Assembly: GCA_030611385.1 (NCBI GenBank)
Contig: JAUWPV010000002.1
Coordinates: 15,433-79,432 of the forward strand
Direction: 5' to 3'
Source of the DNA: Bacillota bacterium
GTDB lineage: Bacteria; Bacillota; Dethiobacteria; DTU022
DNA length: 64,000 nucleotides
Shown: one piece after another, positions 44,948 to 53,888 of the stretch
Numbering within the stretch: position 1 is the first letter of the stretch
How the letters are laid out: each line of letters opens with the position of its first letter
Made by a program: the position numbers and the translations under genes
Notes under the pieces: generated by a model
The model's database searches: none
Told to the model about the DNA's origin: nothing
Seen by the model: the letters and a program-made list of their open reading frames with translations, nothing else

Positions 44948-47363
44948 TCTGACTATTAATGAACTTGCGGTTGAAGTAACTCCGGGAACGACGATTTTGC
45001 AGGCGGCCAGGCAGCTGGACATCGATATCCCAACCTTTTGTTACGATCCGGAGTTGGCTCCGAATGGCGCCTGCCGGATCTGTGTGGTTGAAGTTGAGAA
45101 TGCACGGACGCTGATTGCTTCGTGTGTTACCCCGGTCGCGCCGGGAATGGTTATACATACTGAGTCCGAGCGGGTCATAAATGCCCGGAAAGTGATATTA
45201 AGCCTGATGGTGGCAAACCATCCCCTGGTCTGTATCACTTGTGAAAAAACCGGGGAATGCAGGCTGCAGGACTACTGCTACCGTTATGGTGTGACTGACA
45301 GCAAATATTCAGGTGAAGTCAAGGAACTGTCTCTTGATGATACAAATACATTTTTTGTTCGTGATATGAATAAATGCATCCTTTGCGGTATTTGTGTCGG
45401 CAAATGCCAGGAAGTTGTCGGAGCCGGCGCTATAGACTTTACCAGGCGCGGTTTCATATCAAATGTCGGTCCTGCTTTCGAAGATTCTATTGAAGATTCG
45501 ACTTGCGTTTTCTGCGGGCTCTGTATCGACAACTGCCCGGTAGGAGCATTAACCCCAAAATACAGCCTTGGGCAGGGTCGCCCCTGGCAGGTGAAACAGG
45601 TCAGGGCTATCTGTCCGTACTGCGGTATTGGCTGTAATATAAACCTGCAGGTCAAAGATGATCAGGTGATCGGCGTCAAACCAGTCAAAGAGAGTCCGGT
45701 TAACCGGGGGCACCTTTGTGTAAGGGGTAAGTTCGGCTGGGATTATTTAAAAAGTAGTGATCGTCTTACGGCGCCACTTGTCAAATCGGATGGTGTATTT
45801 GTCGAGGTCAGCTGGGAAGAGGCCTTTGGTTTAATCGTTGATCAAATTGAAGAAGTCAAGCTTCGCTGCGGGGATGATGCCCTGTTCGGCCTTTGTTCGC
45901 CGAAGGCCAGCAACGAAGAGGCCTATCTTTTCCAGAAGTTGATCCGTTCACTTGGCTCAAATAATGTCGACAGTTTTACCCGGCACTGCCATGCTCCGGC
46001 GGTTAATGCCCTGATGGAAGCATTCGGCAGTGCGTCAATGACCAACAGCATTGAAGAACTGGCCGAAACCGGGGCTATCCTCGTTGTCGGAGCAAATCTG
46101 GCGGAGAGTCATCCGGTTTTAAACTACCGTGTGCGTGAAGCAGTCCGCCGCAGCGGGGCCAGGCTGATTGTTGCCCATTCTGAAACTATTGATCTGGTGG
46201 ATATAGCGCACCACTACCTGCCGCTCCGGATGGGCAGTGCTGTAGCCCTGGTTAATTCCCTGGCTAATTTCATTATCGAAGAAGGGCTGCATGATCGAGC
46301 CTTTATTGATAAGCGTACCGAAGGTTTTGAGATATTCAGGAAAGAGGTGTCTGGTTATACTATAAAGTATGCAGCAGAAGTAACCGGTCTGGCGGAAGAT
46401 GAACTGCGCGCTGCAGCCCGGGCTTATGCTGTTGCAGAAAGAGCTGCCATCGTCTCGGCAGTTGATACAGATAGGCACGCTGACAGCGCTAACCTGGTTT
46501 TGGCTCTGGCCAACCTGGCTCTGCTTACCGGCAATCTGGGTAGAGAGGCGGCCGGTCTTTACCTGCCTTACGGTGAAAATAACCTGCAGGGTATCGCCGA
46601 TATGGGTGCCCTGCCTGGTGTCCTGACCGGTTATCAATCGATCAAAGAAAAAAATGTTCGCGAAAAATTTGCCCGGGCCTGGGGCGTTAGCATAAACGTA
46701 AAGCCCGGCTTTACTGTGACAGATATATTTAAGCACGGTAAAAAGTCTGGTATTAAGGCGATGTACATTCTCGGCGAAAACCCGGTTACCTGTTCCGGAG
46801 AGCACCTGGAGACCGCAGCTTTCCTTACTGATCTCGATTTACTGGTTGTTCAGGATATCTATATGACCGAGACAGCTTCTCTTGCTGACATTGTTTTACC
46901 TGCAGCCGCCTTTGCTGAACAGGAGGGCACCTACACTAATACTGAACGGCGGGTACAGCTCAGCCGGAAGGCGGTCGAACCTCCCGGGGAAGCATTTCCC
47001 GGCTGGGCGATCCTTGCTGAACTGGCCGGGTGGTTGGGATTTGACTGGAATTATGACGGCCCGCAGGATATCTTTGCAGAGATCGCTTCACTGACCCATC
47101 AATATGCCGGTATTGATTATGAGCGTCTTAACGAACAGGGTCTGCAGTGGCCCTGCCCCAAAGGAGATCATCCGGGGACCAAATTTCTTCACAACGGCCG
47201 CTTCAGCCGCGGCCTCGGCCGCTTTTCTGTCGTCGATTATGAACCACAGGCTGCCGATAATCTGTCGATCTGTTGTTCCAAGGGACACTTTAACTGTCAG
47301 TGCCTGAGCGAAAACTTGAGCAGGCATTCGGTAATTAACACGCTCAGAAATAACAATGTTTAA
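44934..47363 (+). CDS. Formate dehydrogenase alpha subunit fused to a NuoG-like N-terminus (Cys-type, not selenocysteine); reading frame ends about 100 residues before the expected C-terminus
   Basis: 809 aa. N-terminal 2Fe-2S plus 4Fe-4S ferredoxin domains; MopB FDH domain with TRHCHAPAV aligning to E. coli FdhF ARVUHGPSV (Cys at the Sec position). The alignment runs to ...KGHFNCQC (FdhF VGHYSCRS) and then stops; the final Molydop_binding barrel is absent. Confidence 0.75.
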   Translation: MSAINLTINELAVEVTPGTTILQAARQLDIDIPTFCYDPELAPNGACRICVVEVENARTLIASCVTPVAPGMVIHTESERVINARKVILSLMVANHPLVCITCEKTGECRLQDYCYRYGVTDSKYSGEVKELSLDDTNTFFVRDMNKCILCGICVGKCQEVVGAGAIDFTRRGFISNVGPAFEDSIEDSTCVFCGLCIDNCPVGALTPKYSLGQGRPWQVKQVRAICPYCGIGCNINLQVKDDQVIGVKPVKESPVNRGHLCVRGKFGWDYLKSSDRLTAPLVKSDGVFVEVSWEEAFGLIVDQIEEVKLRCGDDALFGLCSPKASNEEAYLFQKLIRSLGSNNVDSFTRHCHAPAVNALMEAFGSASMTNSIEELAETGAILVVGANLAESHPVLNYRVREAVRRSGARLIVAHSETIDLVDIAHHYLPLRMGSAVALVNSLANFIIEEGLHDRAFIDKRTEGFEIFRKEVSGYTIKYAAEVTGLAEDELRAAARAYAVAERAAIVSAVDTDRHADSANLVLALANLALLTGNLGREAAGLYLPYGENNLQGIADMGALPGVLTGYQSIKEKNVREKFARAWGVSINVKPGFTVTDIFKHGKKSGIKAMYILGENPVTCSGEHLETAAFLTDLDLLVVQDIYMTETASLADIVLPAAAFAEQEGTYTNTERRVQLSRKAVEPPGEAFPGWAILAELAGWLGFDWNYDGPQDIFAEIASLTHQYAGIDYERLNEQGLQWPCPKGDHPGTKFLHNGRFSRGLGRFSVVDYEPQAADNLSICCSKGHFNCQCLSENLSRHSVINTLRNNNV

Positions 47364-47399
47364 GAAGTGAGAACTGAATATAACCGGAGGTGACCGGTA

Positions 47400-48752
47400 A
47401 TGGCAAAGTTTTTATTTCCCGAAGGCTTCCTCTGGGGAGCGGCCACCGCTTCCTACCAGATCGAAGGTTCACTGGATGCCGACAGCAAGGGAGAATCGAT
47501 TTGGGACCGGTTTTCACATACAAAAGGTAATATCTGGAATGAAGAAACCGGTGATATTGCCTGTGATCACTACCGCCGCTGTGCAGAAGATGTCAGGCTG
47601 ATGGCAGATATTGGCCTGAACGCTTATCGGTTTTCAATCTCCTGGTCGCGTATTTTCCCCCAGGGCAGTGGAAAGGCAAATAAAAAAGGCCTCGACTTTT
47701 ACCGCCGCCTGGTTGAACAGCTGAACAGTAATAAAATAAAATCGTCTGTAACCCTATACCACTGGGATCTTCCTCAGACACTGCAGGATAAAGGCGGCTG
47801 GAACAACCGCGACACAGCAAAATATTTCGCTGAGTATGCCGCCTACGTCTACGCCAATCTTGATTTGCCTGTCGATATGTGGATTACGCTTAACGAGCCC
47901 TGGGTTATTGCTATTTTGGGGCATGCATTTGGTATACATGCTCCCGGATTAAATGATTTCAATATTGCCCTGCAGGTATCCCACAACCTCCTGCTCGGGC
48001 ATGGACTGGCGGTCAAAGCATTTCGGGAAGCGGGTCGTAAAGATGAACCAATCGGTATAACCCTGAATCTCGCTCCGATCCAATCTTTAACCGAAAAACC
48101 GGCCGATCTTGAAGCTGCCCGTCGTTCAGACGGCTTTATGAACCGCTGGTTTTTAGATCCGATCTTTAAAGGCAGTTACCCGCAGGATATGGTTGAAATC
48201 TTTTCCCGTACCTTTAGCCTTCCTGCTACTGAAGAAGGCGATGCTGCCATTATCGCTGAGCCGATTGATTTTCTGGGCATCAATAACTATACAAGAATTC
48301 TCGTCGAAGCAAGCGGTTCGGAAGATGCTTTCATGGGCAACCCGATCAATCCGCCCGATGCCGAATATACCGAGATGGGTTGGGAAGTCTACCCGCAGGG
48401 TCTTTATGAATTACTGATCCGCGTACACCGCGACTATGGCCCCCTGCCGCTCTATATTACCGAAAACGGGGCCGCTTTTCCTGACGAATTAAAGAAAGAC
48501 GGAACCATTGATGATCCACGCAGGATTAACTACCTGCAGACTTACCTGCTGGAAACCTGGAAAGCCGTCGAAGATGGGGTGCCCCTGAAAGGATACTTCG
48601 TCTGGACCCTGATGGACAACTTTGAATGGGCTTTCGGTTTCAGCAAACGATTTGGCCTGATCTATGTCGACCACCCGACCCAGAAGCGTTACCTGAAAAA
48701 CAGTGCGCATTGGTACAAAAAAATGATCAGCAGAAACGGGCTGGAGGCTTAA
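47400..48752 (+). CDS. bglA: GH1 beta-glucosidase / 6-phospho-beta-glucosidase
   Basis: 450 aa. N-terminal FLWGAATASYQIEG, acid/base TLNEP and nucleophile ITENG motifs. RBS GGAGGTG 7 nt upstream. Confidence 0.85.
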   Translation: MAKFLFPEGFLWGAATASYQIEGSLDADSKGESIWDRFSHTKGNIWNEETGDIACDHYRRCAEDVRLMADIGLNAYRFSISWSRIFPQGSGKANKKGLDFYRRLVEQLNSNKIKSSVTLYHWDLPQTLQDKGGWNNRDTAKYFAEYAAYVYANLDLPVDMWITLNEPWVIAILGHAFGIHAPGLNDFNIALQVSHNLLLGHGLAVKAFREAGRKDEPIGITLNLAPIQSLTEKPADLEAARRSDGFMNRWFLDPIFKGSYPQDMVEIFSRTFSLPATEEGDAAIIAEPIDFLGINNYTRILVEASGSEDAFMGNPINPPDAEYTEMGWEVYPQGLYELLIRVHRDYGPLPLYITENGAAFPDELKKDGTIDDPRRINYLQTYLLETWKAVEDGVPLKGYFVWTLMDNFEWAFGFSKRFGLIYVDHPTQKRYLKNSAHWYKKMISRNGLEA

Positions 48753-48763
48753 AGAGTATTTCA

Positions 48764-49555
48764 ATGGAACAGAAAAGAGCGGTGCACAAAACGATCATCA
48801 GGATTCGACAGGGCGAGCGGGAAGAGAAGCAGGATCTGATCACAGTCGAAGCCCCCGTGACCATCTATCTTAACGGTAGAGAACTGGTCACTTTGCTCTG
48901 TACTCCGGAAAAGATCGATCGCCTTGCTTTAGGGTTTTTACGCTCTGAAGGTATAATTACTGCGATTGACGATGTGGCTTCCATTCGCGTTAGGGATGAA
49001 GAAGGATTAGTCGAGATCGACCTGAAATGCGAAACAGACTTGATCGAGAAACTCTATGGTAAACGGACGATAACTTCGGGTTGCGGTAAAGGAACCGTTT
49101 TTTTTAATGTGCTCGATTCACTACGCAGCAGCCCACTTGAAGGCGACCTGAAGATCAGCGCTGGCAAAATCTGGTTTCTGATGGAGTCGCTGGAGGAAAG
49201 AGCGGAGCTGTTCAAATCAACCGGTTGTGTACATAGTGCTGCCCTGGCCGATCAAGAACAGATTCTCTGTTTTTTTGAAGACATCGGTCGTCACAACGCT
49301 ATTGATAAAATTATCGGCGAGTGCCTGCTGGCCGGAATCCCAACTGATGATAAGATTATTGTGTCGAGTGGCCGTTTAAGTTCGGAGATTTTGCTGAAAG
49401 CTGCCAAGTTGAAAATACAGCTGCTCGTTTCCCGGGCTGCTCCGACCTCTCTTTGCATCGAACTGGCCGAGAGTTTAAATGTCACCCTGGCCGGTTTTGT
49501 CAGGGGAAAACGAACAAATATATACACTCATGGATGGAGGATTACAGCAGACTGA
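48764..49555 (+). CDS. fdhD: Formate dehydrogenase accessory sulfurtransferase FdhD
   Basis: Start at MEQKRAVHK, 12 nt after the bglA stop. Catalytic-Cys loop TSGCGKG and GRHNAIDK motif. Confidence 0.75.
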   Translation: MEQKRAVHKTIIRIRQGEREEKQDLITVEAPVTIYLNGRELVTLLCTPEKIDRLALGFLRSEGIITAIDDVASIRVRDEEGLVEIDLKCETDLIEKLYGKRTITSGCGKGTVFFNVLDSLRSSPLEGDLKISAGKIWFLMESLEERAELFKSTGCVHSAALADQEQILCFFEDIGRHNAIDKIIGECLLAGIPTDDKIIVSSGRLSSEILLKAAKLKIQLLVSRAAPTSLCIELAESLNVTLAGFVRGKRTNIYTHGWRITAD

Positions 49556-49589
49556 GAACAAGATCTGAGAAACTGTGTTTCCGGCTGGA

Positions 49590-50468
49590 TCAGGGTTTAA
49601 TGAATTTACGTAAGGTTTCCTTATCTTTAACCAGTTTTTCGTCCAAGTGGATCTTTTTGGCGTAGACATTGACCTCGTCCAGATAGAAACCGGTTTGGTA
49701 TTCAACCTCTTCTTTAACTGATTGTTGAACCTCGCGCAGGAGAAGATCTATTCTCATATTCGGTATCCGTACCAGATCAACAGCTATGTCAATATTTATA
49801 AGAACCCTGCTTTTACCGTTCTGTAGTTCAACATCAACAGTCTTGTAAACGCCGGGAATATTGGAAATAATGAACTCTACCAGGTTGGTAATAACATGCT
49901 CGGCAATATAGAAAGAACCTAGTGTACTGAAGATAGGTCGGATAACTGAACGTTCAACAGGGGAACCGGCAGTCTGATAAGTTGGAAAGCTGAAAAAAGT
50001 ACGAAGTGGATCGATAATGTAGCCGGGAAATTCTTTTTTTATGGCGAAAGTGGGCAGCGGTATGACATGGCGGTTTTCTTTAGCCCTTAAAGTCAGGGCG
50101 GTTTTAATTGACTCGGGATCAGATACTTCTTCGATAGTGTAATAATAAGCAGGAAGATCAAGCCCAAGATTCTCGGCGATCATATCGGCCATGCGTCTGG
50201 ATGTGCTCAAAATCAAGAGGCGTCCCGGCATGATTTCAGTCAGCTTGGTCTTAACCCGTCCGGCATGTTCGGGATCCTTAAAAAGGGCTCTTTTTATTGC
50301 TCCAAAGCGGGTATTTTCCCTTTTTGCCGAACGCCCGGCCAGGATCATGGCACCTTTAATAAGGAGGCCATCATCGATCATATATTCAATATTATATTGC
50401 CTGGCTAATACCGGGGCCTGGTGGCTCTTACCTGTGCCGCTGTGGCCAATTAATGCATATACTTCCAT
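49590..50468 (-). CDS. Two-domain protein: N-terminal P-loop NTPase/kinase-like domain plus C-terminal Asp23/Gls24-family domain
   Basis: Walker A GHSGTGKS. The C-terminal roughly 110 aa resemble Asp23 (alkaline shock protein) family. Start taken at MEVYALIGH after GGAAG. Confidence 0.5.
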   Translation of the reverse strand: MEVYALIGHSGTGKSHQAPVLARQYNIEYMIDDGLLIKGAMILAGRSAKRENTRFGAIKRALFKDPEHAGRVKTKLTEIMPGRLLILSTSRRMADMIAENLGLDLPAYYYTIEEVSDPESIKTALTLRAKENRHVIPLPTFAIKKEFPGYIIDPLRTFFSFPTYQTAGSPVERSVIRPIFSTLGSFYIAEHVITNLVEFIISNIPGVYKTVDVELQNGKSRVLINIDIAVDLVRIPNMRIDLLLREVQQSVKEEVEYQTGFYLDEVNVYAKKIHLDEKLVKDKETLRKFIKP

Positions 50469-50634
50469 AGGTCTACTTCCGCGCTTCATTTATTCCGGTA
50501 TTTGCGTCCGGTAGTAAAACTGCTCTATTATTATAGCATACAGAAGAAGCTTATATGGAGAAACGCTCATTGATCATCTGATTGTCCGCGACAGAGCTTT
50601 TACCGGCCGATCACACTGTTAAGGAGGGTTTGTT

Positions 50635-51123
50635 TTGTCAGAGTTCTATCATGATCTGATCGATACGTCAAAAGGTGTTTTTACGATTCTTTTCAGCCGT
50701 GCAGGGATCTACGAAATTTTTTTCCCCGGTTCCGATCCGGATCCGCAATATACGCGCCGCCACTTGCCATGGCCGCAATTGACTGACGATCTGAACCGCT
50801 ATCTTCAGGGTGAAAATGTCGACTGGGACCAATATCCTCTTGATTGCAGCGGTTATCGGCCCTTTACGGCAGCTTTGCTCGGTATAGTGCGCCGCATACC
50901 TCATGGGCAGGTCTATACCTATCGACAAGCAGCTGAGCTCGCCGGTTCTCCGCTGGCCTGGCGGGCAGCAGGACAGGCTCTTAGTGCGAACCGACACCCG
51001 ATTATCGTTCCCTGCCACCGTATCGTTGGCAGTAATGGTAAACTGGGTGGGTTCAGCGGTTCCCCCGGATGGAAGAAGATGCTCCTCGAGACTGAGAAGT
51101 GTGCAGTAAGGAGTTGGCAGTAA
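50635..51123 (+). CDS. ogt: Methylated-DNA--protein-cysteine methyltransferase (Ogt/MGMT)
   Basis: IVPCHRIVG active-site motif and DNA-binding HTH region. Confidence 0.75.
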   Translation: MSEFYHDLIDTSKGVFTILFSRAGIYEIFFPGSDPDPQYTRRHLPWPQLTDDLNRYLQGENVDWDQYPLDCSGYRPFTAALLGIVRRIPHGQVYTYRQAAELAGSPLAWRAAGQALSANRHPIIVPCHRIVGSNGKLGGFSGSPGWKKMLLETEKCAVRSWQ

Positions 51124-51303
51124 AATAATTAAGCGGGTGAGACAGCTTAAAAATCCTCAGGTGGGCTTGACCGCAGAGGAAGTAATCGATAAACTAAGGC
51201 AGGATAAAAAGAGCCGGGAAAGCGAGATTTATTTGTTTGGTCTCGATTTATTGTAAGTAGTTGAATTAGATGATATTATTGCAGTCGTTGTAGAGAATGG
51301 AGA

Positions 51304-52551
51304 GTGGTAGAGATGAAGCCAACTGTAAAACCGGGCCGCCTTTTAATTCTGATCGCCCTGTGCCTGTTTATAATTGTTTCAGGTTATTGGGCTTTTCTAA
51401 ATGCGGCCGATCAGGAAACGGGGATTAAGCGGGGTTTGGATATTGCCGGGGGACTTTATGTGCTCCTCGAAACGGTTGAAACAGGAGATCAGGAACTGGA
51501 CGAAGATGCGATCGAACGGGCGATTACTGTTATTCGCATGCGTGTTGACGAACTTGGTGTTGCCGAACCGATTATAGCAGCTCAGGGTGATAACCGGATT
51601 CGCATTGAACTGCCGGATATTGATGATGTTGAGCAGGCCCGTACGATTATTGGGCGGACTGCCCTGCTTCAATTTGTTGGACCTGATGGTGTTGAAATTG
51701 TTACCGGTGCTCATCTGATTCGGGCCATAGCTGAAAGAAATCCGGAAGCCACTCCGTACCCTTATATCAGCCTTGAATTTGATCAGGAAGGAGCCCGTCT
51801 TTTTGCCGAAGCAACCGGTAAGTTTTTAAACCAGCCTATTGTTATTGTCCTTGACGATGAAGTGATTTCTTCGCCCGTTGTCAGGGCAGTTATTACCGAC
51901 GGAAAGGCAACAATCGAAGGAAATTTTGAATTCGAAGAGGCTGCCAATCTGGCGCTGCTACTGCGTAGTGGTTCTCTACCTGTTGAACTGCGTGAACTTG
52001 AGTCCCGTTTAATCGGGCCAACCCTTGGTCAGCGAACAGAAGAGATTGCTGTTTATGCTGCCGCTGTAGGTCTGTCCCTGGTTTTACTGTTTATGATTAT
52101 CTATTATCGGATTGCCGGAATAATTGCCGGAATAGCCCTGATATTCTACATGTCCTTAGTTCTGTGGGCTCTGGCCTATTTACCGGTAACCCTGACTTTA
52201 CCGGGCATGGGCGGCCTTATCTTATCCATTGGTATGGCCGTAGATGCCAATGTGATTATATTTGAAAGAATCAAAGATGAACTGCGCTCTGGCCGGACAC
52301 CGCGCAGCGCCATGGAAGACGGTTTTCGGCGTGCTTTCCGGGCGATTCTTGATGCCAACGTGACTACACTGATTGTGACTGTTGTACTATTCAGCCTGGC
52401 CAGTGGGCCAGTCAGAGGTTTTGCAGTAACCCTCTTTATCGGGATTACCTGCAGTATGTTTACGGCCATAGCTTTAACCCGCTTGCTGCTGCGTATGGCT
52501 TTTAAAGCCGGCATTATCAGAAGCGGGGCTTATGTGGGGGTGAAAGTATAA
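51304..52551 (+). CDS. secD: Protein translocase subunit SecD
   Basis: 415 aa; periplasmic domain plus 6 TM helices; adjacent secF. Confidence 0.85.
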   Translation: MVEMKPTVKPGRLLILIALCLFIIVSGYWAFLNAADQETGIKRGLDIAGGLYVLLETVETGDQELDEDAIERAITVIRMRVDELGVAEPIIAAQGDNRIRIELPDIDDVEQARTIIGRTALLQFVGPDGVEIVTGAHLIRAIAERNPEATPYPYISLEFDQEGARLFAEATGKFLNQPIVIVLDDEVISSPVVRAVITDGKATIEGNFEFEEAANLALLLRSGSLPVELRELESRLIGPTLGQRTEEIAVYAAAVGLSLVLLFMIIYYRIAGIIAGIALIFYMSLVLWALAYLPVTLTLPGMGGLILSIGMAVDANVIIFERIKDELRSGRTPRSAMEDGFRRAFRAILDANVTTLIVTVVLFSLASGPVRGFAVTLFIGITCSMFTAIALTRLLLRMAFKAGIIRSGAYVGVKV

Positions 52552-53474
52552 TGATAAATTTTATCGGTAACCGTCGAAAAGCCTACTTGCTGTCATTGAT
52601 TATGGTTGTCGCCAGCATTTTATCAATAGCCTTCATGGGATTAAACCTTGGGCTTGATTTTACCGGTGGCACAGTACTGAACCTGAACCTGGGGGAAGAT
52701 TTTTCTTTGGAAGAAATCGAAGAGGTGATTGCTCCTTTTGAGGAACTGAAGGGAGCGGTAGTACAGATAGTCCAGGGAAGAGATTTAACCGGAAAACTGA
52801 CTGAGGAAGGGTTGGTAATCAAAGCGCCTTATATTGAAGAAAGCCGGCGTAATGAGCTGATGGACGCCTTACGAACCCGGTGGCCGAATCTTGATTCTGC
52901 TGATTTAAGAATCGAAAGTGTTGGGGCTGTTGTCGGTGGTGAACTGACCCGCCAGGCTCTTATTTCGCTGGCCGTGGCGATAGTTTTAATGGTTGCCTAT
53001 ATTACCTTTCGATTTGAATTTAAATTTGCAGTGGCCACAATCGTTTCTCTGCTGCACAATATCATCATTGTGATCGGTATTTTTTCCATTCTTAGGATGG
53101 AAATAAATGTTCCTTTTGTAGCAGCGATCCTGACTGTTTTCGGTTACTCGGTCAATGACACGATCGTTATTTTCGATCGGATACGCGAAAATATTAGGCA
53201 CAAACGGAAGAGTGATTACGCTGAAGTGGTTAACCAGAGCATTAACCAGAATCTGGTGCGTTCAATCAACACTTCATTGACGACTCTTATTGTGTTGATC
53301 GCCCTGCTCGTTGGTTTTAACTATTTTATCGGCAGTATTGATCTGGTTGTCTTTGTGGTTGCCCTGATCCTGGGGGTTTTTATAGGCACCTACTCGTCAA
53401 TATTTGTTGCCAGTCCTGTATGGCTGAACTTACAAGAGCTGAAGTTTAGGCGAACCCGCCGTAAAGCGGCTTAA
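52551..53474 (+). CDS. secF: Protein translocase subunit SecF
   Basis: 307 aa; SecF TM core; start overlaps the secD stop. Confidence 0.85.
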   Translation: MINFIGNRRKAYLLSLIMVVASILSIAFMGLNLGLDFTGGTVLNLNLGEDFSLEEIEEVIAPFEELKGAVVQIVQGRDLTGKLTEEGLVIKAPYIEESRRNELMDALRTRWPNLDSADLRIESVGAVVGGELTRQALISLAVAIVLMVAYITFRFEFKFAVATIVSLLHNIIIVIGIFSILRMEINVPFVAAILTVFGYSVNDTIVIFDRIRENIRHKRKSDYAEVVNQSINQNLVRSINTSLTTLIVLIALLVGFNYFIGSIDLVVFVVALILGVFIGTYSSIFVASPVWLNLQELKFRRTRRKAA

Positions 53475-53498
53475 TATCATTATAGGGGAGGGATAAAA

Positions 53499-53888
53499 AT
53501 GGGCTCGTTTTACCTGATTTTAGGTCTGATTTTCAGCCTGGTCATCGCTATTATCGCCCTGGTCAACAATGAAACTGTAACCGTCAATTATGTTTTTGGC
53601 CGCACTGAGATATCACTGATTCTATTGATCCTTGGCTCGGCAGTAACCGGAGCTCTGGCGATGGGTCTCTTCAGCCTTTTCCGCAGTATTCGCACCGCCT
53701 TTGTTTTTCGTAAACTGCGGCAGCAGCAGAAAGTCCTGCAGAAGCAGGTTAAAGTTCTGCAGGAAGAAAAAATATTCCTCGAAGCTGAACTGAGCAAGGC
53801 TGTATCTGTCGCTGAAGAGAAAGATATGTCTGAGGCTGAAGCAGAGATTACGCCTGCAGAAGTAGAGGTTGAAGAGGAACCTTTATGA
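53499..53888 (+). CDS. LapA/YrvD-like DUF1049 membrane protein
   Basis: Two N-terminal TM helices plus a coiled-coil tail. Same position as B. subtilis yrvD between secDF and recJ. Confidence 0.55.
   Translation: MGSFYLILGLIFSLVIAIIALVNNETVTVNYVFGRTEISLILLILGSAVTGALAMGLFSLFRSIRTAFVFRKLRQQQKVLQKQVKVLQEEKIFLEAELSKAVSVAEEKDMSEAEAEITPAEVEVEEEPL

Noticed and set aside
44483-45022. 179-aa and 228-aa (46119-46805) minus-strand ORFs
   Set aside because: Antisense to the NuoF-like and FdhA genes; no RBS or conservation signal.
44934-47363. Possibility that the formate dehydrogenase alpha subunit is a selenoprotein (given tRNA-Sec nearby)
   Set aside because: The position aligned to FdhF Sec140 (ARVUHGPSV) reads TRHCHAPAV, so it is a cysteine, and the frame has no in-frame TGA.
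48626-48763. N-terminal extension of fdhD in the ORF track (start at 48626)
   Set aside because: Overlaps the 3' end of bglA in another frame. The conserved FdhD N-terminus begins at the ATG at 48764, right after the bglA stop.
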